Below, piece after piece: positions 39,922 through 52,525 of a DNA stretch of 64,000 bases. Position numbers and translations under genes: made by a program. The stretch is from contig NC_089431.1 in NCBI RefSeq assembly GCF_026210795.1, positions 3,100,001 through 3,164,000 of the forward strand, written 5' to 3'. Below the pieces are notes generated by a model. That model worked only from the letters and a program-made list of their open reading frames with translations. It had not been told where the DNA came from and made no database searches. This DNA is from Rhizophagus irregularis. Taxonomy: Eukaryota. Each line of letters starts with the position of its first letter. The stretch's first letter is position 1.

Positions 39922-40927
39922 TTAAACCAAATATATTACAAAAGTTATTAATGAACTAAGCAAAATAATTGAATTTCCTAACCGATCAGGATCAGGATGA
40001 ATTAATGATATTCCATTACCAATTTTACCAAACAGTGGTGGTCTAATAATGGGAAAAGTAAAGTATTTAATGAAAATTCTAAATTTTATTTAAAGAGTTT
40101 AAGAAAATTTTACTTACGGTTTTGTACCAAATGGAACTCCTAATTGTTGACAAGTTTGTTCATATTTGGAAAGTGGCTCAACAAAAATTTTATTCTTTGG
40201 AGAAGAATAACATTCTATACACTCTTTTAAGTCATTATAATATTCAATATTACATTGACACGGTGCTAGCTTAGGATCTAAGTTTATTAAGGAATAATAT
40301 AAATTAATTAATTATTAAATTTAAAAGTAAATTAATTAATTAATTAATTAATTATATTTGTACTTACCATCAATTTTAAACGTTCTAGGATAAGTACCAC
40401 TCAATACGTGATCAGGTTCGTCAATTCGACCATCACAAGAAATCAGTGAATAATTGGCATTAAAACAATTACATAAGAAAGGTTGATTCGGTATTGGTTT
40501 TTGTGTTTCTGTTGGTTTTGGTGGTGGTGATGGTAATGGAGGTAGTGGCTGTCCTTGTGGCGGAATTGGTGGTAATGGTGGCGGTGGAAGTGGTGATGAT
40601 GTTTGTGAAGGTAGTGTTGATGTTGTTGATATCGGTCTATAGAGTTTAAATATTAGAATTAATTTTGATTATTAAAATTTTGATTATTAAAAATTATATG
40701 TCACTTACGGTGGAGCTTTACCAAAATATTTTCCACAAGTTACTTTAAAACTATCAAGGGATTCTACTGTAATACTAGTTCCGAGACCTTCAAAACATGT
40801 CGTACATCTTGCGAGTAAATTATAAAATGGAACATTACATGCACAATCAAATAAATAACCATCTACATTATTATTTTTTTTTTTAACCATAAAATAATTA
40901 ATTATATTATGCATAAAATGTAAATAA

Positions 40928-40958
<31 letters not shown>

Positions 40959-41208
40959 AGAAAAAAAAAGAGTTAAACCATTTTAAAAATGATTAATGAC
41001 CATAAATTTGATATTGAAAATCAATTGTGCCATCTAATGCTTCAGGAGGTACTGAAATGATGGATCCATGACATGGTTTTAACGTAGAATTTGCAAGTAA
41101 ACATGGATCATTTGCACTTCCGCATGCTGAATCTTTTATACTATAAACATTATTCGTAAGGAATTGTATCACAAAAAATAATAAAATTGATATATTTAAT
41201 AATTTCAT
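39922..41208 (-). CDS. Secreted, probably GPI-anchored protein with two 8-Cys domains and a Pro-rich linker
   Basis: Exons 41208-41001, 40862-40709, 40636-40368, 40277-40118 and 40042-39922 splice in frame. Ends ...GNGISLIHPDPDRLGNSIILLSSLITFVIYLV* (hydrophobic C-terminus, no cytoplasmic tail). Confidence 0.85.
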
Positions 41209-42632
41209 ATCCTTAAAAAAAAAACAAATTCTTTAAAATAATTTTAAGAGAGATTTCATATATATATATAAATAATAAAGAATTTAAAGAAAAAAAAATA
41301 AAAAAAAACGTGCAAGTAAAATGTGATATATATGTAAAAAAAAAATTTCATGTTTCAGAATTGTTAAAGGTACTATACCAAAAAAATGAATACAAAGATT
41401 TCCTGTATATCAATCCAAATAACGACAAATTTGTGGTTTTGGTAATTTTTATTGAAATTATAATTTAATTATTATTTACTTTGTACGAATGCAAATCAAG
41501 ATTTATGTCGGAAATGTTTCCAATTATAATTTTCCAAATTTAATAAAAATTAAAACAACATTGTTATTATTATGACTGATCGGGGAATATTTAAGTAGCA
41601 CGAAAAAAAAGGAGTGCTTCAGATTTTTATAATTACTGCGCTTTTATTGTTTTTATTCGAATAATTAGGTTTGAAAGGTTTGAAAGGTTTGAATAAAAAA
41701 TGTCAAAAAAAAAAAATGAAATTCTACTTATGGAAAATAAAAACTTTATTTCATTTAATTTGACAATTACGTAAAATAGGCGATCCAAATTTAATATATG
41801 TATTGTGGATTGTGGATTTCTTTTTTTTACTTTTAACGGAAATATCGTAATGTGAAAAGAATTTAAGGTCATCTATTGTTAGATTAAAATGTCAAGCACT
41901 TATCTTTGACGGTTACATTAATAATATAATTATTATACGATAAATTAGAGAAATCCCTTATGCTCTCGGATTTTACCAAAATTTATAAATTTTAGTAATT
42001 TGATTAATTTGATCATATTCTCCAAATATTTGCACAATAAAAGTAATAAGTAACCATGTGAAAGTTTTCTACCGGGATAAAAGTGGAACTTTCTTCCGGT
42101 TTTTCGATTACTTGGTAGCCGGGTATGCCCGCCGGACAAGTCCGTGACTTCGTGTACAAACATTTTTTGTGTATGCAAAAATGGAAAAATGTTTGGATGA
42201 AGAAATCCTCGTTTTATTACGGTTTTCATGTGATTAAAACTTGGATTTACGTAGGAATATTTTACTCAATTATTTTGTCTAAGTCATATTATTACTTATT
42301 GTTTTTTTTTAAAGAGTTTTTGTTATAATAAAAGAATAAATTTTCTACAAACTCCCCAATAAAAATAACTCCTACCCACTCAACACTGCGCAAAGTATTG
42401 TCCATTCTAAAGAAATGTGAAATGAGGAGGATATTTTTATACAATTATCGATTATGATCGCAAGATGAATCATATTCTCGATAATAAAAAATGAGGTAAA
42501 TCTCATTTTTATAATTAATTAATTAAAAATAATAATAATATAATAATATGTATATATATTCAAGTATATTTTATAACTATTCGAAAATTCTATAATGAAA
42601 AAAAGTTTTTTTTTTCTATGAAAAAATCTTTT

Positions 42633-43484
42633 TTAATAATTCTTTCTAAAATTATATTGTTGTTGCATTTCATTATTATTAACTCTACCATTTTCAATTG
42701 AAATTTCAGTTAAATCATCATTTTCAATTGATTGAGTCGGAGATTGAGTCTGAGATTGAGTCTGAGAATGTTGTTGTTGATATACTTGTAATCGAGATAT
42801 TATACTCGAATCATCAGTTAAATCAACTTGTGAAGCTGATCTATCAGAAACATTTTTAATTTTAAGTGATTGTCTTCTTTTAAAGCAACATTTATACATA
42901 AAAATGCCCAATATAATTAACGCAGGTATACCAAGAACTACACCCAATATTATATAAGATGACAAGCTAGTTGAACTATTAGAATAATTTGGTATATTAA
43001 TATTTATTTGAGGGTCGTTTGATGCATCTGTAGGATTATTTGTTGGAGTTGTTGGTTGTTCTTTTCCTGGAGAACCTCCTGTGAATGGAACCCCAAAAGT
43101 GGCACATACATCTTTATATCTTCCCAAGTCATCTACTTTTATATTTCCGTTATTACAAGCTGAACAGGCTCCTAATTGATCATATGTTGCTTGGTTACAA
43201 TAACATTTGGCTTCGAGGGCTAAATATTAAATTATCATCATTTTTTTAAAAAATAAATCTTTTAATGAAAAAAAAAAAACATTTAAAAAATTGTTTAAAT
43301 TCTTACCACCAAACTGAACAATAACGGTTTCTCCCGGATTAGGCCGTTTGAGGGAAGTATTACATGGTGATAATGAAGCATCTACTTGTAAACATGCTTG
43401 ACAATCCGCTTGTGCGGAAACGTTTAAAGAATGTATTGATAACAGTACAAGTAATATTATTATTATTCCTCGGGCTGACCACAT
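42633..43484 (-). CDS. Type I membrane protein: signal peptide, 8-Cys domain, Ser/Thr/Pro stalk, TM helix, cytoplasmic tail
   Basis: Exons 43484-43307 and 43219-42633 splice in frame. Domain CQAC..LSPC...AKCYCN..CSAC..RYKDVC; TM YIILGVVLGIPALIILGIFMY followed by KCCFKRR. Confidence 0.85.
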
Positions 43485-45589
43485 TTTTTTTTTTCGATAG
43501 TTAATGTATCGATATAATAATACTTCGAAAATTGCACACTTTATATATATTTATAATTTTTTTTTTTTTTTTTTAGTTGTTACTTTTTTTAGATCAGATA
43601 TTCATTCACACCGAGATTGTTTCAATAAAATGTCTCTCAAATTTCAATACCAATAAATTAATGAAATCATTATTTATTATTGTTGCGGTTTGTGTTTGTA
43701 TTCATGCAGTGGTACGAAATTCACTATGATCCTTTTGGTCTTGAAATACATGTTAATACATCATGCATAGCATCTTATTATCCAAATAGCTTTATAACGA
43801 ATTAAATAACCAATATTAATTTATAATCTATAATCATGAATTCTAATTCGCATGAACTGATTATAAAACTGAAAGTCAAAAATAAAAATTATCCGGAAAA
43901 GATATTTAATAATACTTAATAAAATTTTTACCGTAAAGTTTCATCAGGATTTTTTATAGTTAGGCTAAAAATAACATTTTGTATTTTAATATCCATGTAA
44001 GGCAAGGGTATACCTTAATAAACTTGCATATCAGTTGTTTTACTACATTCTTGAAATCGATTTAAACATCATATTATACAAAATATTTTTTTTTTTTTTT
44101 AATTATAATGCTAGTTATTAACAAATTGAAAAAAATACAATAAATTTTCTTGGTTTACTATTTTTATACGGATTTATAATATTAAATAATAAAAATTAAT
44201 TATTAATGTTTTATTGGTTTATTAAATAGTTATTATATAAAATAACAATTAGGAAAAAAAAAATTATGAATTTAATCTTAAAAATTAAATTTAATTTTTT
44301 TTTTCTATTTTGAGATATTCTAGAAAGAGTATTTTTAAATCTAAAAACTTTAAATATGATTAAGGTAAAATTGTATCAATATGTAGTTTAGTTATACATA
44401 TATTAATAAGGAACCATTCAACATCACTTAAAAAAAAAAGATTAAAGAAATTATATTTAAAAATACAAAAAAAAATATTACTAAATTTCACTATTTTAAA
44501 ATTTTTTTTTAATAAATCATATTACAGTTAATTTTTTAATAAATAATGTTGAATTTCAAAAAAATTTAGTGAAAAAGATTCTTTTAAAAATATAAATATT
44601 GTGTATATTTATTTAATATTTATAAATTATAATTAATATTACAATTATTAACCAATGCTAGTAAATGCCATATTTTTCCAATATTAAGCATTCCCTTTTT
44701 GCAAAGATTTTGTGTGAAAAGTTTGGAAAATACTTAATTTTGACAGTTTTAGAAAATTGTCTTTAAATATCTTTAAATCAATTTAAAATTTGTTTAAAAA
44801 ATTTTGTAAAAAATAAGTTTTGGTAGTTAAATTCTTTTATTTGTATATTTTTTCAATAATAATGTAATTTAATAAGTAGTTAAAGAGGTGCTTATTTTCA
44901 GTTTATACACTCTAACCTTGATATACCAATATTTAATATACTGATATACTAATAAAATTTTATTTTTCCACTATATGTGAAGACATATAAATATTAGTAT
45001 AACTTTAATATAATGATATTTTCTAAAAATTTTATATATGTCCTGACATATCATTATATAAAGGTTTGACTGTACTTGATATTGTATAAAAAAGGGATGC
45101 TAAATTTTGGAAGGTGTTTAATATTAGAAGTCATATAGTAGCCAATTCTATCTAATAATTGTATACTAAGGGTGATTTTAATGCTAATCGGCAGTAAAAT
45201 TCATCACATTATGTGATACGGTAAATTTTACCATATTTTTAATTTATTGAAAAATTCTGTAATTTTAGTATTATAAAATTTTACAATAAATACAATTATT
45301 TTATTAAACATGTGTAAAACCTTTTTTTTGAAATTTTATTATAAATAAATAAAATTGCATTTAAATTGATAAAACCTTATATTTACTACATTTTTTTCAT
45401 GTATTAAAAACCTATATTCATTACATTATTTTTGTATTTACTACAATTACCCTACTGATTACTATAATAAACTAATTATACCAAAATATATATATTAATC
45501 AATATTGATTTAGACATTTTTTTGATAATACTTAGGTCTCTCACATAATAAATACTTGTATTGTTGTCTTAATATTTCATTTGTATCCT

Positions 45590-46050
45590 ATACATTATTA
45601 TTGATTTTACTTGTAATTTCATGCATAACCCTTTTATCATTTAATATCTCTATAGCACTTTTGATTCTTTTTTACATGAAGCACCTCAAGTTTTAGTAAC
45701 ATGAAGTTCTATAATTTCATCAATTAAACATTATTGTAAAGGAATTATATTATCTTGATCATTACTTCTTATTTTTAAATTATTATTATTTTGATTATTA
45801 CTTTTCATTTTTAAATTATTATTATAGCTTTTTTTAGACGAAATAAAATTTTTCAACAATTGAATCAACTCATTATCACTTTTAGTTTTTAAAGCAACTT
45901 TAATTGCTATTTTAGCAGTTAAAAATACTATTTCAAATCAGTTTCTTTGAGGAATTATTTACTAAGAATTTTTCTTATGACTAGATTTTTAAATATGTTT
46001 TAAACTTTAAAGAGTGAAATTCACTTTATAAGGTATTGTATTATTGATAG
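45590..46050 (-). pseudogene. Relic of a MULE/FAR1-like transposase C-terminus
   Basis: Broken frames ..PQRN*FEIVFLTAKIAIKVALKTKSDNELIQLLKNFI..VTKT*GASCKKRIKSA; family recalled, not searched. Confidence 0.45.
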
Positions 46051-46069
46051 GTGATATGTGATATTTCTA

Positions 46070-46830
46070 AATTAAGCATATCTGCAGACAATTGTTACTG
46101 TGAAGGAAGTGAATATGCTAGGCATAATATATTAATAAAATCTACAAAGAATAGATATTGTATTAAATAAAATGGTATTCTGCAACAAACAAATAATTTT
46201 ATAAGAGCCTGATTGGCCATTTGTACTTTTGAATTAGCTATTTTAAGTGAATCATAATGTTTGTCAATTCATTGTTAATTATCATGATTGCTCTTTATTT
46301 TTTTTGAGGATCTTTCATTATCATTGATTAAATTATTTAAATGACCCAAATTTCCTCGATTTTGAATAATGTTTATATATTTTTTTTGATTTGATAATCA
46401 ACTTTAATACACCGAAGACCAATATAAGTCTCAAGTATACTTCTCAGTAGAATTAAAAAGTCAATGTCAAAATATTACGGCATAGCCAAAAACAATTACA
46501 TCAGTACAAATATTTACTAATAAAACATATAATTACGGCGAATTATGGTATTTTAATTACGTCTGTCATAATTTAAAAATTCAATTCTGCTAATAAGTAT
46601 AGTCTTAAGTTCATCTATTTTTACATTAGCCTTCTTTTTCCAATCATATACTTTACACTTAGCATCACAATGACCTTGAACTCATGCGCCAATTACTATA
46701 AAAAAGGTCCAAACATCATTTTTCAGTCTTTTTAGCTTCCTTTTTTTTTAGATATCTCTGCATTATTTGTATCATCTTTATTATCAGTATTTGGCACTAA
46801 AAGTTCTGCTGCTGCCTGTTTAGCTATCAT
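46070..46830 (-). pseudogene. Relic of a hAT transposase N-terminus (BED finger and following region)
   Basis: DVWTFF...HCDAKCK (BED-like) and ANQALIKLFVCCRIPF...FFVDFINILC.AY.LP, with stops. Confidence 0.55.
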
Positions 46831-47119
46831 TTTACCTTTTAAAATGGTTTAAATGGTTATTCACAAAATTTATTCATTGTATTCTTTATTCATAAAATAT
46901 GTATTTATGGTAAGACGAATTTTTATTGGTGTTAATAAATGTCTTGATTTAGATATTAATATTTAATGCCATTTTTGAATTAGCGTAATCAGGTGATTAT
47001 CAATCAATTATAAAAAAAAACTACATGAAAATAACTGAAACAATACCAAAACTTATTAAAATAAATAAGAAATAATCTTATACAATAATATAATTAGGTT
47101 TTATTTAATTTAAGTATCT

Positions 47120-48275
47120 TTTATTTGCTCAAATATCCTGAAGTACTGATCATTTACAAAAAAAAAAACTGAAATAATTGGTAATTGTTTCATTAGCCAG
47201 ATAATACTGATGTTTTGATATTTTATTCACAAACGTTCAATTCAGTTTGCGATTGGTTAAAATGGGGTGGTTCAATACAATACATTGATATTTTCTAAAA
47301 AGTCAGAATAATAGGATGGGAAGAGTATTTGAAATTGTTAACAGCTTTATAAAGGAAGGAGCGAAGTTTGAAAAAGAAATAATAATTCAAATTAAGTCCA
47401 AGAATCTATATCGGTACTCCGGTAATGAAAGTATTCTATAATTTATCAAATATATTGATCTCAAATAAATGAATATTTAATTTGGATCTCAGTTATAATA
47501 TCTTAAAAATCCCTTACCCATCTAAATATCGCGAATACCAGTTGTCTACAAAAAACATAAAATAATTAGTAATCATTTCGTTAATAAAGAAATGAATCAA
47601 AAAAAATGAACTTTACTTGCTCAAATATTCTGAATACCGATCGTCTATAAAGATAAAAAAAAAAACAATTAGTATTAAATTATTTCATTAAAGAATATTC
47701 AAAGAAATCCCCTCATCAATTACCATAAAATTAAGTATCTCAAAGTACCGATTGCCTACAAAAAAAAAAAAAATAAACAAAACAATTAGTAATTGTTTTG
47801 TTAACAAAAGAAATATAAATTATTTTAAAAAAAAATCCTTATCTAGTCAAGTATCCTGAAATATTAATCGTCTACAAAAAAGAAAATAAATGAAACAATT
47901 AATAATTATTTCGTTAACAAAGAATTTTTTAAAAAGAACTCACATCTGTTCAAATATCCTTGTCCAAAGACTTGAAAATTCAGCCGTCTAAAAAAAGAAA
48001 TATCAGAACTTAGTAAATGTTCTATTAAAATAAACAACTAAGATAAAATAATAAATACCTTACTGAAATTTCTACATGCTTGTTCAGACTGTCTAAAAAA
48101 TGGAAGGAAACGAATGTTAGTAACCTTTACTAAAAAAAACAAATTAAATTAAAAAAATACTTACAAAGGAGTTTGAAGAAACCAACTAAAAAAAAATGAA
48201 ACATCAATAAACGTTTTATTAATGTTTCGTTAAAAATTATAAAAAATTCAAAGTTTTACCTTCAAAAACCTATAT
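47120..48275 (-). repeat. Ladder of ~27-45-nt repeated micro-exon-like modules spaced about 100 bp apart
   Basis: On the - strand: T-rich tract + TAG | ACGATCGGTATTCAGAATATTTGAGCAA-like segment | GTAA, repeated near 47125, 47515, 47615, 47722, 47840, 47940, 48060 and 48162. Confidence 0.55.
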
Positions 48276-48416
48276 AACTGGCCTGAAACTTGTATAACAA
48301 AATTTTTGAAATTTAAAACAGGTTCTAGGCTTGTTTTAAAAGCTGTGATAATGGAGGTTCAGAAATTTGTTAATAGGAAGAATATTATGTGATTTTAATC
48401 AATAAATAGATTTATA

Positions 48417-49185
48417 CAGTGCAGAACCTCTATAATAGGAACTTAAAAAAATTTAAATAAAATTTGATTTTATAGTTGGATTTTAATTTTATAAAAAAAT
48501 TAAACTCTATTTATTAAAAGGAATTGATTTATAAAATAAAAAAAAGTCTCAATTTTTTCAGAATATGTAAGCATCACATGATACATATATTAACCAATCA
48601 GAAATTAGGATTTTATAAATTATATAATATAAAATTTATATAATATATTTATTTATTGTATTTCATTATAAACTGATGAATTAGGTATACGATGATGAGA
48701 TTTGTATTTTATTATATGTATTTTTTGATCAAATTAAAGTAAAATTACTTAGTTTTTAAATTTTTTCATTTATAAATTCATCTGAACTGTCTTTTAAATA
48801 TTTACTTGATGGTATATAATTATCATTTATAACATTAAATTGACCTATATTTAAATAACCTTATTCATTAAATTTTTTTTTGCAGTTTTAGAATTTTTTT
48901 TCTTCTTGACATATTTAAAAAAAAATCTGTACATTAAATGTGGCTAAAAAAACCTGTAATACAAAAATTTAAACTAGTCACAATTTTGACTAAATTTAAT
49001 CAATATATTTAAATTACAGATTTTTAAATAGCTAAAACTTAACCAAAATTTAATTTAGAAAAAAAATAACCAATAATTTTTAAAGCTAATGGTCATATCT
49101 ATAAAAATTATCGGTTAAATTTTTTACTTTAATATAAAAAAATTTTTTTTTTAGAAATTTATAATCAATCAATGGTTCTGCACTA
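48417..49185. mobile_element. Degenerate TA-flanked MITE
   Basis: CAGTGCAGAACC ... GGTTCTGCACTA with TA flanks. Confidence 0.45.
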
Positions 49186-49537
49186 TAGTAAAATCAGTTG
49201 ATTTTCAGATGCAGTATTGTAGTTATTTGTGCTTCTAATTACAGTCAACTCCCTCTATAGTTACTCCCGTTATAGTCACATTCTACTATATAGTCACACC
49301 AGTTGAATGTTCAAAACACTTTATTATTAAAATCTATCCTATATAGTCACAATCTATCTATAGTCATTATCACACCTATCCTCAAAAATCTTATATTAAA
49401 AAAAACCGTTTATAATCACAGTTATATAAAGAATATATTAAATAACTTGGCATCTAATAATTGTACAAAGATGTATCATAGCTTGTTAGAATTGTCTCAC
49501 TGAGACGAATCGAATGATGGTAGTTTTATCCTTTTCC

Positions 49538-50511
49538 TTTGCTAGTGTTTACGGCCAGACCACCCATTGCCTCTTATGAGACTAATCTCGGGTCGTGTCC
49601 TATCATCTTCAATGGGCAACCATTATACCGAGTACTTAATTCCTCAGGTAACAGCATCACTATAGAAGACATCCCCCATCGGGCCATTATAGGCTGATCT
49701 GAAGCTAGGTACACGCCGCCTACTCATCCTATACCCATTGCACTGATACCGATACTCAATTTATTTAACGACCTTTAGAGAAGCATCTACTTTCATGGAG
49801 GACTTTCGACAGGTAACATCAACCATCTAGTACCCTTCCATACCACCATTTTAGGTACTAAGTCTCACTCAAAGGCCACTACAGCCCGCGATTACCTAGT
49901 ACCGATAGTACAGTTGTTTACCCCAAGTGGTATACTTTGTAGCGACCACTCGGACAGGAAATGCAGGCTTCTGTCCAGGATCACCCCTTATGGTGGGTAT
50001 CAACCACTAGGGATCACCAACGGACCCCAAGAAGTGGGGAATCGAACCCCATAACCATGCTACCTGTTCTGCGCACGAACACCTTGGTTGGCTTAAGACC
50101 TAACAGAAGGTCAAACTACTACTAAGACATTGCACCCTCAGCTTTACCATCTAGGACGACCATCTAGCCATTACTGACCCCAAGTGGTATCGTGAGCCGA
50201 CCACCTAAACATGCCCCCAGCTCATGAGTAGCTGACCTCAGGACAGGACTGCGCACATACCAATGGCCTCATAGTGAACGTTATAAGGACACCATAACCC
50301 TTAGTTGAAATGTGCGGCCTAACCGTACACACTAATTCACCATGATGCAGTCCAACTACACTAATCCCTGTACCTTCACGCTATTGGTTGTAGCATCCGC
50401 AGTAAAATTCTTTTTATTTCCGTGGTCATGGGAATCGAACCTGCGACCTCACCATACTCAGGCTTAATGAGGGTCTCAGCGACTAACCTACCGAGATAGG
50501 GTGATCAACCC
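49538..50511 (-). mobile_element. ~1-kb non-coding SINE-like unit 1
   Basis: Bounded by TAGTTTTATCCTTTTCC (49521-49537, 50512-50528); GC-richer than the flanks, no long ORF. On the - strand it starts GGGTTG..TATCTCGG..GG and has a B-box GGTTCGATTCC (50431-50441) plus a second T-arm (50035-50051). Confidence 0.65.
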
Positions 50512-50528
50512 TAGTTTTATCCTTTTCC

Positions 50529-51500
50529 TTTGGTAGTATTTATGGCAGCACCACCCATCAGCTTCTTATGGACTAATCTCTATCGTGTCCCCTATCATCT
50601 TCACTGGGCAACCATTATACCGAGTGAATTCCTCAGGTAACAGCACCACTTTAAGGACATCCCCCATCGGGCCATTTTAGGCTGATCTGGAAGCAGACAC
50701 GCCGCCTACTCATCCTATATCCATTGCATGATACTGATACTCAATTTATTTTACGACCTTTAGAGAGCATCTACTTTCATGGAGGACTTTCGACAGGTAA
50801 CATCAACTATCTAGTACCATTCCATACCACCATTTTAGGTACTAAGTCTCACTCAAAGGCCACTACAGCCCGCGATTACCTAGCACCGATAGTCCAGTTG
50901 TTTACCCCAAGTGGTATACTTTCGTAATGACCTATTCTGGATATAAGGAGTATTACTGTTCGAATCAGCCCCCATGCGGTATCAACCACCTTGAGGATTA
51001 CCAACCAGGATACAAGAAGTGGGGAATCGAACCCCATAACCATGCTACCTGTTCTGTGCACGAACACCTTGGTTGGCCTAAGACCTAACAGAAGGTCTAA
51101 CTACCACTAAGACATTGCACCCTCAGTTTTACCATCTAGGACGACTATCTAGCCATTACTGACCCTAAGTGGTATCGTGGAGTGACCACCCAGACAGGAA
51201 GTCCCCCCAAGGTATAGTAGTGACCTCAAGGACAGGACTGCGCACATGCCAATGGCCTCATAGAGAACGTTAGAAGGACACCATGACCCTTAGTTGAAAT
51301 GTGCGGCCTAACCGTACACACTAATTCACTATGATGCAGTCCAACTACACTAATCCCTGTATCTTCACGCTATTGGTTGTAGCGTCCGCAGTAAAATTCT
51401 TTTTATTTCTGTGGTCATGGGAATCGAACCTGCGACCTCACCATACTCAGGCTTAATGAGGGTCTCAGTGACTAACCACCGAGATAGGGTGACCAACCCT
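50529..51500 (-). mobile_element. ~1-kb non-coding SINE-like unit 2
   Basis: Diverged copy of unit 1 bounded by the same 17-mer (51501-51517); B-boxes at 51420-51430 and within 51020-51036. Confidence 0.65.
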
Positions 51501-51517
51501 TAGTTTTATCCTTTTCC

Positions 51518-52508
51518 TTTGCTAGTGTTTACGGCCAAACCACCCATTCACTTCTTATGAAGGCTTAATCTCGGGCTACCGTTGTCCTTATCATCTTCAC
51601 CTAAGGCAACTATTATACCGCAGTCTTAATTCCTCAGGTAACAGCACCACTATGCGGGAAGACATCCTCTATCGGGCCATTATAGGCTGATCTGAAGCTA
51701 GGTACACGCCGCCTACTCATCCTATACCCATTGCACGATACTGATACTCAATTTATTTTTTAACGACCTTTAGAGAGCATCTACTTTCATGGATGGACTT
51801 TCGATAAAAACAACATCAACCATCTAAGCACTTTCCATACCACCATTTTAAGTACTAAGTCTCACTCAAAGGCCACTACAGCCCGCGATTACCCAGCACC
51901 GATAGTACAGTTGTTTACCCCAAGTGGTATGCTTTGTAATGACCAACTCGGACAGGAAGTAGCAGCTTCTGTCCAGGATCGCCCCTTATGGTGGGTATCA
52001 CACCAGGGGATTACCAATAGGGGACCGAAGTGGGGAATTGACCTATAACCATGCTTCCTGTTCTGTGCGCGAACATCTTGGTTGGTCAAGGCCTATGAAG
52101 GTCAATGCAAGCTAAAACGTTGCACCTCCGCTTTACCATCGAGGACGACCATCTAGCCATTACTGACCCCAAGTGGTATCGTGGAGTGACCACCCAGACA
52201 GGAAGTCCCCACAAGGTATAGTAGTGACCTCAAGGACAGGACTGCGCACATCCAATGGCCTCATGAGAACGCAAGGACACCACTTGACCCCTAATTAAAT
52301 GTGCGGCCTAACCGTACATACTAATTCACCATGATGCAAAAAGGTTCCCAACTACACTAATCCCCTGTACCTTCACGCTATTGGTTGTAGCGTCCGCAGT
52401 AAAATTCTTTTTATTTCCGTGGTCATGGGAATCGAACCTGCGACCTCACCATACTCGAGGCTTAATGAGGGTCTCAGTGACTAACCACCGAGATAGGGTG
52501 ACCAACCC
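51518..52508 (-). mobile_element. ~1-kb non-coding SINE-like unit 3
   Basis: Diverged copy bounded by the 17-mer (52509-52525); B-box at 52428-52438; internal T-arm degenerate. Confidence 0.65.
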
Positions 52509-52525
52509 TAGTTTTATCCTTTTCC

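Noticed and set aside
50420..50511. A real tRNA gene at the head of the 1-kb units
   Set aside because: The B-box is present but the T-stem is mismatched and I could not build a full cloverleaf; treated as tRNA-like only.
49538..52508. LTRs, or Penelope pseudo-LTRs with hammerhead ribozymes
   Set aside because: No TG..CA ends or PBS/PPT, no matching repeat on the far side of the coding unit, and no CUGANGA/GAAA hammerhead core found by eye; not fully excluded without Infernal.
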